NCBI RefSeq assembly: GCF_036365525.1
Contig: NC_090388.1
Location: 62,769,726-62,833,725, forward strand
Length of the DNA: 64,000 nt
Source of the DNA: Heterodontus francisci
Taxonomy: Eukaryota
Direction of reading: 5' to 3'
Part shown: one piece after another, positions 48,027 through 61,289 of the stretch
Numbering within the stretch: position 1 is the first letter of the stretch
Layout of the letters: the number at the start of each line of letters is the position of its first letter
Program-made: the position numbers and the translations under genes
The notes under the pieces: generated by a model
The model's input: only the letters and a program-made list of their open reading frames with translations
What the model was told of the DNA's origin: nothing
Database searches by the model: none

Positions 48027-48348
48027 GGCTGCCATTCTGACAATGCAACCACTAGATGGTGCAGTACTGGCACATGCATAAATGCAGCCAGGGAGTGGGG
48101 AACAGAAGCAATGATTGCGACAGGGAGCAGGGTACTGTTGGACGGTGGTATGTGGAGGCAGCAATCGCGGCCATTGAGGGGTGCGGGAGTTTGGATTCAA
48201 TTCCTTTTTTTGTGTTAAATTGAGCAGCGGCATCTTTATTACTGGCAGCTGCCTGAGACATCGCAGACAGTGATGTTTCTGTCGATGAGACTGCATTTAT
48301 GCATGTGCCAGTATTGCACCTAATGGTTGCATTGTCAGAATGGCAGCC
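48027..48348. mobile_element. MITE with about 60-bp terminal inverted repeats
   Basis: GGCTGCCATTCTGACAATGCAACCA...TGGCACATGCATAAATGCAG (48027-48087) matches the reverse complement of 48291-48348. Confidence 0.85.
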
Positions 48349-48365
48349 TTTTTTTTTTCATTTAT

Positions 48366-50300
48366 CTCAGAATCACAGAATTGCTACAGCACAGTTGGAG
48401 GCTGTTTGGCCCATCATTCTGCACCGACTCTTCAAATGAGCAATTAACCCAGTGCCATTCCCCCATCTTCTCCCAGTAACCTTGCACATTCTTCCTTTTC
48501 AGAAAACAGTCTAATTTCCTTTTGAATACCTCGATTGAACCTGCCTGCACCACTCTCTCAGGCAGTGCATTCCAGGCCTTAACCACTCACTGCTTGAAAA
48601 AGTATTTCCTCATGTCGCTTTTGCTTCTTTTGCCAATGACTTTAAACCTGTTCCCTCTTGTTCTTGATCCTTTCACGAGTGGGAACAGCTTCTCCCTATC
48701 GACACTGTCCAGACCCCCATGATTTTGAATACCTCTATCAAATCTCCTCTCAGCCTTCTCTTCTCCAAGGAAAATAGTCCCAACTTCTCGAACCTATCTT
48801 CAGAACTGAAGTTCTTCATCCCTGGAGCCATTCTCGTGAATCTTATCTGCACTGTCTCCAATGTTTTCACATCTTCCCTAAAGTGCAGCACCCAAAACTG
48901 GATGCAATACTCCAGCTGAGGCTGAACTAGTATCTTATACAAGTTCAATATAACCTTCTTGCCCTTGTGCTCTATGCCCCTATTCATAAAGCCTAGGATC
49001 CTGTATGCTTTATTAAACGCTCTCTCAACCAGTCCTGCCACCTTCAATGACTTATGCACATAAACACCCATGTCCCTCTGCTCCTGCACCCCATTACAGT
49101 TGTACTCTTTATGTTATATTGTCTCTCCATGTTCTTCCTGCTAAATGAATCACTTCACATTTCTGCCCATTGAACTTCATCAGCCACTTGTCTGCCCATT
49201 CCACCAACTTGTCTATGTCCTTTTGAAGTTCTACACTATCCTCCTCACAGTTCACAATGCTTCTAAGTTTTGTATCATCTGCAAATTTTGAAATTGTGCC
49301 CTGTAAACCAAGATCGAGGTCATTAGTAAATATCAGGAAGAGTAAGGGTCCCAGCACTGAATCCTGAACTCCACAACAAACCTTCCTCCAGCCTGAAAAA
49401 CATCCATTAATTATTACTCTCTGTTTCCTGTCACACAGCAAATTTCATATCCATGTTGCTACTGTCCCTTTTATTCCATCAGCTGTAACTTTGCTCACAG
49501 GTCTGCTGTGTGGCAGTGTATCAAATGCCTTTTGGAAGTCAATATACACCACATCAATGCATTGCCCTCATCAACCCTCTCTGCTACCTCTTCAAAATAC
49601 TCCAGCAAGTTAGTTAAGCACAATTTTCCCTTAACAAATCCATGCCGGCTTTCCTTAATTAACCCACATTTGTCTATGTGCTATTAATTCTGACCCAAAC
49701 TATTGTTTCCAGAAATTTCCCCACCACCGAAGTTAAACTGACTGGCCTGCAGTTGCTGGACTTATCTTTACACCCTTTTTTGAACAAGGGTGCAACATTT
49801 GCAATTCTCCAATCCCCTGGCACAACCCCTGAGTGTAAGGAAGACTGGGAAATTATGGCCAGTACTTCCGCAATTTACACTCTCACTTCCCTCAGTATCC
49901 TTGGATGCATCTCATCCGGTCCTGCTGTGTTATTAACTTTAAATATAGACAGCCTATACAATACCACCTCCTTAACAATTTAAAACCCTTCCAGCATATT
50001 AATTACGTCCTCTTTCACCATGGCCTGGGTAGCATCCTCTTCCTTTGTAAAGACAGATGCAAAGTATTCATTTAGAACCTCAGCTATTCCCCCTGCCTAC
50101 TTGTGTAAATCTCCTTTTTGGTCCCTACTCGGCCCAACTCCTCCTTTTACCAACCTTTTGCTATTTATATGCCTATAGAAGACTTTGGGATTCCCTTGTG
50201 TGTTTGCCGCCAGCCTCTTTTTATACTCCCTCTTTGCTTCTCTTATTTGCTTTTTTACTTCCCCTCTGAACTTTCTATATTCAGCCTGGTTCTCCATTGT
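48366..50300 (-). mobile_element. CR1 LINE, 5'-truncated
   Basis: ORFs 48362..48586, 48673..49089, 49109..49441 (FADD) and 50097..50327. Confidence 0.92.
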
Positions 50301-50309
50301 ATAAAGAAT

Positions 50310-50880
50310 AGGCATACAATGCTGCAAAGATTAGTGGCAGGCCAGAAGATTGGGAAAATTTTAGGAACCAGCAAAGAATGACTAAAAAAATAGAGAGAGA
50401 GAAATTAGAATATGGGAGTAAACAAGAAAGAAATATAAAAACAGACAGTAAGAGCTTCTGCATATATGTAAAAAGGAAGAGAGTAGCTAAAGTAAACTGT
50501 GGTTCCTTAGCGGATGAGACTGGGGAATTAATAATGGGAATCAAGGAAATGGCAGAGACTTTGGACAAGTATTTTGTATCTTTCTTCACTGAAGCAGACA
50601 CAAAAATATCCCAAGAATAGTAGAAAATCAAGGGGCAACAGGAAGGGCGGAACTTAAAACAGTCACTATTACTCAAGAAAAAAATACTAGGAAAACTAAT
50701 GGGACTAAAGGCTGGCAAGTATCCTGGACCTGAATGTCTGCATCCTAAGGTCTTAAAAGAAGTAGCTGCGGAGATAGTAGATGCACTGGTTGTAATCTTC
50801 TAAAATTCCCTAAATTCTGGAAAGGTCCCAGCGATTGGAAAATCACAAATGTAACACTTCTATTCAAGAAAGGAGGGTGA
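50310..50880 (+). mobile_element. CR1 ORF2 linker fragment
   Basis: ORF 50378..50620 (NIKTDSKSF..YVKRKR..EMAETLDKYF). Confidence 0.85.
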
Positions 50881-53800
50881 CCTCAGATGAAGAACAAGAT
50901 AAGTTGCAGTACCACCAGCAGCAGGAACAGCAGCAGCCTTCTCCTCAACTACCTGCCACACCACAGGAGAGAGGGGAGGAGCACAGAGGTCCAGCTTACA
51001 GGAGGCAATAACCCCATTACAGGGTTTACAGGCAGAGGATAAGCTTCCTGAAATGATTGAGCAGCAGTGCCTCAAGAGGCTCAAGGTTCCATGTCAGGTG
51101 GTTGCTGGCATTTACAGCCTCCTGGAAGCAGATCTCCTGCCAAGTGGACTAAGTGGGCATTGGCAAAGTCACCATGGCCCTTATTCGCCTCTGGCTCCTT
51201 CCACGGATCTGCAAGTAATATTTTCAGAATCTCACAATCTGCTGACCAAAAGCGCATCTCACAGGCAACTGATGCAAGGTTTGCCATGACCAACACTTAT
51301 GTACACGTCTCAACCGATGAGGCCAATCAATGAGCAGGCACGTGACTTTGCCTCTCTGGCTGGCGTCTCACAGTTCCAGGGAGTCATTGGCTGCACACAT
51401 GTGGCAATCAAGTCACTTCCAGATTACCCTGGAGTCTTCGTCAACAGAAAAGGATTCCACTTCATCAATGTTCAGCTCGTCTGCCACCACCAAAAGATCA
51501 TCATGCAGGAAGTGCAAGATTCCACGGGAACTGCCATGATGCTTTTATCGCATGCCAGTCCAGCCTCCATGAGATATTCACACCTCAAAGCACAGTGAGC
51601 AGATGGATCCTCAGAAACAAGGGTTACCCTCTGAAGACATGGCTGTTGCCACCTGTGAGGAGTTCAAATAATGACACACAGGAAGGATACAACAGAAACC
51701 ATCTGGCCATCAGAGCTGTAACAGAGTAGCAATCTGGATGCCAAAGATATACATCAGGTGCCTGGAAAGATCTGCGGGGAGGGCACATTTCAGTGTGCAT
51801 CAGCCAAGTGTCTAGAATAACAGTGGTCTACTGTGCTTTACACAGCATTGCGCAGCAGTGGGTGGAAGTGGGGGAGGGGGGGGGGGGGGTGGAGGCCAGA
51901 AGTGTAACTACTTTGAGCTGTGTCCCCACTTCCATGTGCTCTTTCTCCATCTCCCCATTCATGGCTTATCTGCACTTGTCTGCCATCCAAGAGCTGGAGA
52001 GCACCTTTCTGCATTTCAGAGAGGCACTGAATGGTTAAAACAAGGTTTTTCTCAATCCTGCTTATGGTGACCTTCTGAGCATGCAGGCCAAAGGCCAGAA
52101 TGCACTTGGTCAACTGTCATGTCTCATGTTCTGTGCAGGTGATCATGCTGTCCTTGGATGTAGACTTCAGTGGGAAGACCTGAGACATCATGCCACTCAT
52201 GCTGAAGATAGACTCCTCCACTCTCTCTCCAAACATTCACAGTTCCGCTGGAAAGCTGACAGAACCTCGCACATTTTCTGTTGCTGCTCCAGATCATCCT
52301 GTTCATCGATGGCTCCCATGGCTCAGCATCTGCGTCCAACTGAGCAGAGCTTGGAAAGTCCTGCACCCTCTGATGGAGACTCTCACTACTGTACTTGTCT
52401 CCACCACCTGCTCCTGCTCACTTGTGATCTGTGAGACGCCATGTGACAATCTAACTAATTGTCTTGGCGGCTCCACCAAGGTGTGCATATCTGAGCTGGT
52501 GGATGTTGCATCCTCAGAGTTAGTGACCTCCTTTGAGGAGTCTTTGTCCTTCCCACATATACTTCCTGAGGGACACTTGAAGGACCTTTGGGAGATGAAA
52601 GACATTAATTAGAACTAAAAAGGTGAAAGGGTTCTAAAACATAATTGTCCACATTATCATTTTTCATTGCCTACTTACATCAAATCAATATGAGTAAGTG
52701 TTGTGCGCCATGTGGCTGTGTGGTATTTAACTCTGTCACCAGATAGCTGGGAGACCCTCTCTCTCTATTGTCAATGGCGGGCATGCTGGGATCTAACTTA
52801 TCTCCAATGCCTACTCCTCTGCAGTTGTCAAAGTGGAGATGACTGGAGAGCCACCTCTGATTTTTTGCCTCTCTCTGGCATTCTGTGCTCCCTTCTTTTG
52901 CAAGGAACGAAGAGAACCTATGAGAGTGGGAAATGAAAAGTGTTGAGTTGATGGCTGGACAACATTTGTGGAGGAGAGGTGTGGCATTGCATTCAGAAAA
53001 GGTTGAGTATCAGTGGTGGCTGGTCAGATGGGGATGTGAGGTGGTGCCTTGACAGAGAGAGATGAATGCACCTGCAAGATCTGTTTGTATGAGAAGTAAT
53101 GTGCAGAAGAAGGCTTGGGAAACCAGAGTGTGGGGGGCTTTGGCCAAGACACACATCTGGATATAGTTGAATTTTCCATGCCGCTCACCTTTCCTGCTCT
53201 GATTAGGTCATTGAATCTCTTATGGTACCACACTTCTGCTGCTAACCTCCTCCACCACTTCCAACCACACCTGCTTGTTTTTGGAGGCAGGCTTCTTCCT
53301 CTAGCCCGCAGACTGCAGCATCATGTCCAGAGACACATCACTGAAGTGTAGAGCTGCCTTGCTACATTGTGCCTCCAATTCTACAGTATCTGGCTCTGTC
53401 TGAAGACCTCTACCATGCTTCAACTCTGATCCTCATATGACCCCTTTAAATACCTCAGCTGAAATACACTGCTGCAGGTTGTCATTGCTCCAATTGGTTG
53501 GGAAACCCAGAAGTCAGATGAAAATGCAGTGGTTACGTTAAAAAGCCACTGACAAATGGGCTGCTGAAACCTCCAGGTTCCCAACATGCTGCTGGGCTCC
53601 CCTGCTGCGAGGTAGAGCATGGCTACCCGACACAAACCCGACGGGACCCGACGACGGGTGTTGGTCCGGTCGGGTTGCTCTTCCGGCTCCGGCATTCAGG
53701 CTCAAGTCTGGTCGGGCCGGGTCGGGTCGGACACACTCTATCACCACCTCTGGCACGTGGCTCCAATCTTAATGTACTTTTTAAACAACCTTTCAAGTCC

Positions 53801-54021
53801 AGTTACAGTTTTTGTTGCTTATCTGCACAAGCTTATAAACAGAAAGACGGAAGCTAGGTTAACTGAACATGCCGGTGGTTGGGTTGGGTCGGGCGGGCAC
53901 GGGAATAAATTAAAGGACTTGGGCCAGATCGGATGTGGTTCTGCTGGGCTCGGGTCGGGTTTCATTTGCAGACCTGAGCAGGTCTTTACTGCGAGGGGGT
54001 TGGAAAATTAAAGTTCAGCCC
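50881..54021. mobile_element. Decayed two-gene PIF/Harbinger transposon: DDE transposase on the plus strand (about 50990-51860) and a Myb/SANT-like gene on the minus strand (about 52100-53400)
   Basis: QGVIGCTHVAI, FVNRKGFHFINVQLVC, GNCHDAF, KGYPLKTWL and YCALH on the plus strand. KRFNDLIRAGK followed by a GTGAG donor on the minus strand. Terminus AAAGTTCAGCCC. Confidence 0.85.
53613..53988. mobile_element. Non-autonomous hAT element inserted in the Harbinger subterminal region
   Basis: Perfect 8-bp TSD CTGCGAGG at 53605-53612 and 53989-53996. Ends TAGAGC and GTCTTTA, with subterminal ACCCGA/TCGGGT repeats. Confidence 0.88.
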
Positions 54022-56064
54022 CGTGTTTGGATCACCAAGGGGCAGCATGTAGATGAGAAATAGAAGGGCCCAAGGACACATGCTTGGTTCAAAAGTTGGT
54101 GAAGATGGAGTACTGAGGATGCAGAACTTATTATTTTGGAGTAATTTATGCTTAAATAATTGCTGTATTGTACTCGTAATTTTCTGCTATGTGTTTCTAC
54201 TTCTGTGCAATTATCTTGTTCATAAGTAAATTGGACTATAAGGTTTAGCCTGAGCAACACTGCTTTCAAAATGCTCAGAAGTAAGTGGTGACTGCCACCT
54301 CATCTCCAGTGCAAGATAACATGACAAAAGGATAATTTCTAATTCTGTGTTCTTTCATCCCATTCAGTTTGCACCTAAGGCTGTAAATATCACTGCAAAG
54401 GCGATCCAAGTCCTTTTATGGAAGATAAGCATTTATTGTGGAAAGGAATTAACAATGTTTGGACAAAATTATAACAGAAGCATGGTGATTAAAAGAAAAC
54501 ACGAAACAAGAAAAAAAAATCATTTGGTCCATCAACCCTTTTCTTTTCACAGATCACATACAATCTGTTGTTACATGGAATATCAAAATCTATTAATCCC
54601 CTGAAGAAGTGTTCAGCAAAGTTTCGAGCTGCCCATGCACGGTGAATTAAACAAAACGCTAGAACATGCAGCTAACCATATCACTATATTATTCATTTTT
54701 GCAAATGAAACATGTACAACAATAACCTGTATTAGAAAATTACCAATGGCATTGCCCATGATCAGCTAATGAATACAAGTTCTTTAACATTCAAGATCAC
54801 GTCAGAGTTGAAGAGAGACTTCAGAACTTTATTACACAACATTAGCAATAGCCAGTGTCTGTAGCTAGGAACATAGGATTTGCTGGATATCAGGTTCGCC
54901 TTCTACTATCCTGGTAGTCACATGGTACAACAATAAGGGAGTTGACAAATCATGGCAATAAATCTCCATCAATTAATCTACAACAGACCCAGAAATGACA
55001 CAAGGAAAACTACACTGTTACAGACAACAGTTCACATACAGGATTTCCATTGTTCATATAGGCAGTTTCAATGTTAAACGTTGACGTGAAAGCACGGCTA
55101 AAAATTGTAACAGAAAGTTGGACAGGAAGTACACATGATTTTTAATAATATAAATATTGTAAATGGTCCTACAGCAGCAATTTACAGTGGTTTTTATACT
55201 GATGCTTAGTGGGGAAGATTTAATCATAGCTTTGTATTTGTTCAAATTTCCCATATGCACTAAAAATATTCTGTAAATGTGATTATGCAAGATGTAATTT
55301 GGAAATGTCATTGCTTGAACCCTAAATCCTTTCTCTTTTCTTATGACTTTACCCTTGGTTTGAAACCTTAGTCAAAACAGCAGATAGAACATTCTTATAG
55401 CCATTCACACACTAATACCTGCACACTTACCTCAAGGTTTTGGTTGCTTACACTGCTTTGAGCATGTGGAGGTAATCTATAATAATACAGTTTTTGTCTG
55501 TCCACATTTTCTGATTGGTTGGTGGTTTGATTTGGTGGGCAAAGCCTGGCGCACATGCCTCAGTTACTGGCCCCGCAACTCGCATTGTTCCCTGGCCTCA
55601 ATTATTGGCACCTGGCTCTTGCAGCTGCCCAGCTTCAGTTACTAGTCCCCAGCCCCCGCCGCACCCTGGACTCACTTACTGAGCTCCAGGCCCCTGCTGT
55701 CACCGCTCCCAGCATCGGTTACTGGGCTCTTGACGACAACTTGGGGGCAAGCGGGGAATGGGGAGGTGAAAGGCATGGACCAGGGCCGGGACAGCATGAG
55801 GTGAGGAGGGGGGTGTTAGGTTTAGTTGTATTTGTATTAGTGTTGTAGGATGTTCTAGAGAAAGTCTTAAACTCCAGTAAAAGTTAACAACTTTATTATT
55901 TACAGTTAATATATACACTCTCCACAAGCCAACTAAGCTAGCATCCTTTGTGCTGCTATACCGTCTTCTTCTCAAGCCTATCTCATGTGACTGTTACATC
56001 ATCAGTCGTACAGTGGGAGGGGTCTCTCATTGTCTTTGCTATTAACTTTTTACGTCATTATACT

Positions 56065-56275
56065 ACAGGGGAAGTTGGCATGGGAGGTGGGAGACAGCAT
56101 GGGGGTGAGGTGGAGAGATGGCATGGGAGGTATGAAATGGGGGATGGGGATGGCATAGGAAGAAGGGGTGGGAGGGGGGATGGGATGGGGATGATATGAG
56201 AGGGATGAAAGGGATGGGATGGGTATGGCATGAGAGGGATGGCATGGGAAGAATGGAACAGCATGTGATGGGGAT
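56065..56275 (+). repeat. G-rich low-complexity repeat, (GGGAT/GGCAT)n-like
   Basis: Directly visible purine-rich pentamer array. Confidence 0.8.
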
Positions 56276-57187
56276 TTAAAGAAGTACTGTTGAAATAGAG
56301 ATACTAATTTCACTGCAAATGTTTTGCAGGACCCTCCTAGTTTATATTTTTACATTATAATTTCTGTGTTAAGCAAAGTTGGACAGATTAAATTTGTACA
56401 ACTTGGCACACTAAGTGATATTTCAGCATTGACTTTACATTTTCTCCCCTTTTCGATACTGATTAAGGAAAGTATTCATCATGAGTATCTTGCAAACTAT
56501 AGCAGCTTTCCTATGCAGCAAACAGATCACACTTGAGTATTCAGAATGCCCAGTTTTCCCTTTGTGCTTGGTAGCATTACTCAGCATAAGCTTTCTGGAT
56601 GGATTTGCATTTTTGAAAATCTGGAAACAGTTTAGGTATAAAGCCATAATGTGCTGTTGGTGTCCCATTAAGAATTTGGGATATTATTAAAAATTACAAC
56701 AGTTTATTTGCATCTGTCATTGTCTTTTTATTATCTGCTGTAATAACAGGGTCGATTTTAGCTTGAGGGTGGGATAAATGCATCGAGGTCCCTAAATGGG
56801 AGCTGGAAGTCTGAAAGCTTGTGAGGCCCGGCTGATTTTAATAGCTGGGCTTAATTTTAAATTAAAGCCAGTCGGAATGATGTCAATGAGTGGGAATTTA
56901 GGCTCAAGGCAATGGCCCAACTAAATGGGTTCTGGCATAAGGCTAGTGCTTGAAGGGATTCCTGAAAGACGCCAGTGTAGGAAAGGGCGGCCAAAAGATT
57001 ACTTTTGAGTCCCAGAGGAACTCTCCTCCTCCTATCCCCCAAGGAATAAAAAATATTTATCTTGACCTCTTCTGGTCACTCTCCTACTGCCCATCATGCT
57101 TCTTTGGCAAGTTTGACACCACACTGGTGACGTGCACATTATTTGTGATGCAAATTCTGAAGTCAGCTGGAAAGGCTTGGCATTTTT

Positions 57188-57480
57188 GTGCTTAGAAGAA
57201 ACAAGAAACTCAAGTGCATGAATGAGGTTGTTGAACAACTCAGAACAGATAACAACATATGGAATTTGCTTCCTGAACTAGTGGAACAGACTTGTTTGAC
57301 ACCCACAAAGCCCGTAACAACCTACTCAGTTAAGAGATCATATTCTGAATTCTTAAGGCTGAAAAAGCTGTCTGTGCAGAACGATAACTCAAGTCTTTCT
57401 AAACAATGTTACTAATCTTCACAGATAAAGAAGCTTCACTAATATATCGAGCAACTGGTCAGCAAAATTCATTGGAAGGA
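57188..57480 (+). pseudogene. Decayed hAT transposase C-terminal dimerization domain
   Basis: NLLPELV...PVTTYSVKRSYSEFLRLKK resembles the hATC motif PVTT.S.ERSFS.L.RLK. RTITQVFLN follows in another frame. Confidence 0.6.
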
Positions 57481-57849
57481 ATGCTCGAAGATACTCTTCA
57501 TTTGCTGCATGTTATTCACGCAATCTGAAATATTTAGATCATTAATATCTTCTTGGGAGGGTTATATCTCAAATTATGCTGTTCAGAATAGTGTATTTCA
57601 CATGTTCTTCGGTGCTGCACCATCTTCATAGCAGCAGATTTTATAAACATGCTTCAATTTCAGAAATCCCAACCTACATCAGAATCAAAAAGAGCGGAGC
57701 ACATCTAAGTTAAGGGCTAATTTTTCATGAAAGACCATGGTTATAAATTCTGCAGTGCAAACTCCAAATCATGATCAGATGTCATTATCGAATTGCTTTC
57801 TCAGTGTCTGATGATAATAAAGGGAGTAGATGTTTCACAAATACTTGAG

Positions 57850-60123
57850 TCATGAGTCCTGGGACTTGATTTATCCTAATCTAGAATGGGGTAGTAATAA
57901 TGTAAAGGGCAGAGAGGGAGAAAAGATTTTGAAGTGTTTTCACGAAAATATTCTTGATCAGTATGTTTCTGGCCCAGTGAGGAAGGAGGTATTGCTGGAT
58001 CTTATTCTGGGGAATGAGTTGGGTCAAGTGGATCAAGTGTTGGTAGGGGAACATTTAGGGAACAGTGATCATAGTATCATAAGGTTTAGGTTAGATGTGA
58101 AAAAAGACAAGGAACAATCTAGAATAAAAATACTTAATTGGCAGAGGCCAATTTTGGTAGGGTGAGAATGGATCTGTCCCAGGTAACTTGGAATCAAATA
58201 TCAGCAGCTAAAACTGTACCTGAACAATGGGCTGCCTTTAAAGTAGAGATGGTTTGGGTACAGTCGAAGTACATTCCCACAAAGGGGAAAGTTAGGGCAA
58301 CCAAAGCCAGAGCTCCCTGTATGGCAAAAGAGATAGAGAGAAAGATGAAGCAGAAAAAGGTAGAGTATGATAGACGTCAGGTTGATAATACAAGCGAGAA
58401 TCAGGCTGAATATAGGAAGTTCAGAGGGGAAGTGAAAAAAGAAATAAGCACAGCAAAGAGAGAGTATGAGAAGAAACTGACAGATAATATTAAAGGGAAT
58501 CCAGAAGTCTTCTGTAGGCATATGTACAGTAAAAGGGTAGCAAAAGGAGAGGTAGGGCTAATAAGGAACCAAAAATGGATTTACGCATAGAGACAGAGGG
58601 TATGGCTGAGGTACTAAATGAGTACTTTGCATCTGTCTTTACCAAGGAAGAAGATGCTGCTGAAGTCATAGTGGAAGAAAAGGTAGTTGCGATAGTGGAT
58701 GGACTAAAAATTGATACAGAGGAGGTATTAGAAAGGCTTGCTGCACTTAAAGTTGATAATGCACCCAGACCAGATGTATCCAAGGATAAGGGAAGTGAGG
58801 GTGGAAATTGCAGAGGCACTGATCATAATCTTAAAATCCTCCTTAGCTATGGGGGTGGTGCCAGAGGACTGGAGAATTACAAATGTTACACCCTTGTTCA
58901 AAAAAATATGTGAGGATAAACCCAGCAACTACAGGTCATTCAGTTTAACCTTGGTGGTAGGAAAGCTTTTAGAAACGATAATCTGGGACAAAATTAACAG
59001 TCACTTGGACAAGTATGGATTAATTATGGAAAGCTAGTATGGATTTGTTAAAGGAAAATTGTGTTTAACTAACTTGCTTGAATTTTTTGATGAGGTAATA
59101 GAGAGGGTCGATGAGGACAATGCTGTTGATGTGGCGTACATGGACTTCCAAAAGACATAGACCTACCAGCATAATTGAAACCCATAGAATAAAAGGAAGG
59201 GTGGCAGCATGGTTACGAAGTTGGCTGAGTGACAGGAAACAGAGAGTAGAGGTGAATAGATGTTTTTTGCACTGGAGGAAAGCATATAGTGGGGTTCCCT
59301 GGATCAGTCCTTGGACCACTGCTTTTCTTGATATATATTAATGAGCTAGACTTTGGTGTACAGTGCACAATTTCAAAATGTGCAGATGACACAAAACTTG
59401 GAAATATTGTGAACTTTGAAGAGGATAGTGATAGACTTCAAGAGGACATAGACAGGCTGATGGAAGGGTAGACATGTGGCAGATGAAATTTAATGCAGAG
59501 AAATGTAAAGTGACACATTTTGATAGGAGGAATAAGAAGGTGCACTATTAAATAAAGGGTATAATTCAAAAGGAAGTTTAGGAACAGAGAGACCTGGGGG
59601 TGCACAAATCATTGAATGTGGCAGGACAGGTTGAGAAGTGGTTAAAAAGGCATATGGCATCCTGAGCTTTATAATCAGAGGCATAGAGTACAAAAGCAAG
59701 AAAGTTATGATGAGCCTTTATAAAGCACTAGTTTGGCCTCAACTGGAGTATTGTGTCCAATTCTGGGCATCACACTTTAGAGAGATGTAAAGGCTTTAGA
59801 AAGGATGCAGAAAAGATTTACAATAATTTTTCCATGGAGGAAGGACTTCAGTTACATAGAGAGATTTGAGTAGCTGGGGTTGTTCTCCTTAGAGAAGAGA
59901 AGGTTGAGAGGAGATTTGTTAGAGGTGTTCAAAATCATAAAAGAGAGAGAAACTGTTCCCATTGGCAGAAGGGTCAAGAATCAGAGGACACCAATTTAAG
60001 GTGATTGGCAAAAGAAGTAATGGTGGCATGAGGAAAAACTTTTTTTTTTACACAACCTGTGATCATGTTGGCGGCAGATTCAATTGTGGCTTTCAAAAGG
60101 GAATTGGATAAGCACATGAAGAG
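57850..60123 (+). mobile_element. CR1 LINE (EN C-terminus to RT end)
   Basis: ORFs 57830..58165 (LLDLILGNE..SDH), 58138..58590, 58738..59037 and 59289..59471. Confidence 0.92.
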
Positions 60124-60140
60124 TCACGGTGGAATATAAC

Positions 60141-61209
60141 AGGTGGAATTTTACCTCTTTAGTCTCTTACCGCAATAGGGTTGGAACTCGACTCTCTGAG
60201 CAGTGTGCCCAGCAGTTGCTCTTTAACAGAGCAAATTAATTGACATCCCATCTCCAGGCTCCCTGACCAATCAGGGACGGAGGGCGGGGTTGCACGTCCA
60301 TTCTGTCAAAGGAAGGATTTCTAATTAAAAGGGCAGAAAAATGGTCAGAAAAGCTCACCAGGGCTGGCTCGCCAATGACAGGAACTTTGTTGCCCATTAT
60401 CAATACATGCCCACCTGGTCCACTGGGAGAGAGGTCTTGTTCCAGGAGGCTGCATATATCATCAGCGACCTGTTGTGATAACCTGAGCCTCTTGAGGCAC
60501 TGGTGCTCAGGCACATCGAGAGAACTGGTCCTCTGCCTGTACACCCTGTGCTGGATCTTGGTGTCCATCTCATCTGCCTTGCTAGTGCTTGTGCTGGTGT
60601 TACTCCTGCTGGAGCAGTTGGTGGTGGTGTGATCTCTGCTCTTGACCCTCAGCAGAGGTGAAAGGTAGAGCTGCATAAGCTGCCCCCATGCCATGCTGAC
60701 AGCTGGCAACAGGGAAGTGCAGTTGAAGATGAGTGAAGTGCCAGACAGGTGAAGTGCCTTCTAAGAAGTTGGCAATCACTTGTCAAGCAGTGAACGCACA
60801 CTCTAAGAGAGGAAGTGCTTTGAACAGCTGTCTCTCAATGGCCATGGTTGAAGCTCTTCAGTGAAACTGATTAAAGGATTCCCGGCTTGTCAGTTTCACT
60901 GAAGAAGCTCTTCCCACTGTGCTCTCACCTCAGTGACCCAGGCAAGTTGCTGACAGGTCAGGAAACAGGTTCCATGGCTGGGAAATCCAGGATTCAGGGC
61001 TAAAGCACCTCATAATTAGTTTCTTGACAACCTCAACAACTATTCAATTACTTACTCAACAGAACCAAGGGGGATCCATGCTCAGCTTCAATGCCGCCTG
61101 GGGAAAAATGGGTGAGGGTGGGATCAACTTGGGATCCCAACAGATGTCAATTTCCGGGACCTTACCACCCCACTCGCCCCCAAACCTCTTCCAAGGGAAA
61201 ATTCTGGCC
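60141..61209 (-). mobile_element. Internally deleted Harbinger element retaining the transposase N-terminus
   Basis: ORF 60236..60709 HRVYRQR...QCLKRLRLSQQV..ICSLLEQDL is homologous to about 51020-51160. Termini AGGTGGAATTTTACC and GGGAAAATTCTGGCC. Confidence 0.75.
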
Positions 61210-61289
61210 AATGGGTCTTTCTCCAATTCTCATATCAAGGAGTGCACATGTAAGTGTGCATATAGGAAGGATGGGCTACTTTTAAAGTA

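Noticed and set aside
50097-50620. Head-to-head CR1 junction as a twin-priming inversion
   Set aside because: The two halves cover overlapping parts of ORF2 and differ strongly in sequence, so they are independent insertions from different subfamilies.
51053-51860. Domesticated HARBI1 gene
   Set aside because: Multiple frameshifts and stops, altered catalytic residues (IGCTH in place of IDCTH), and a neighbouring Myb gene and TIR indicate a dead transposon.
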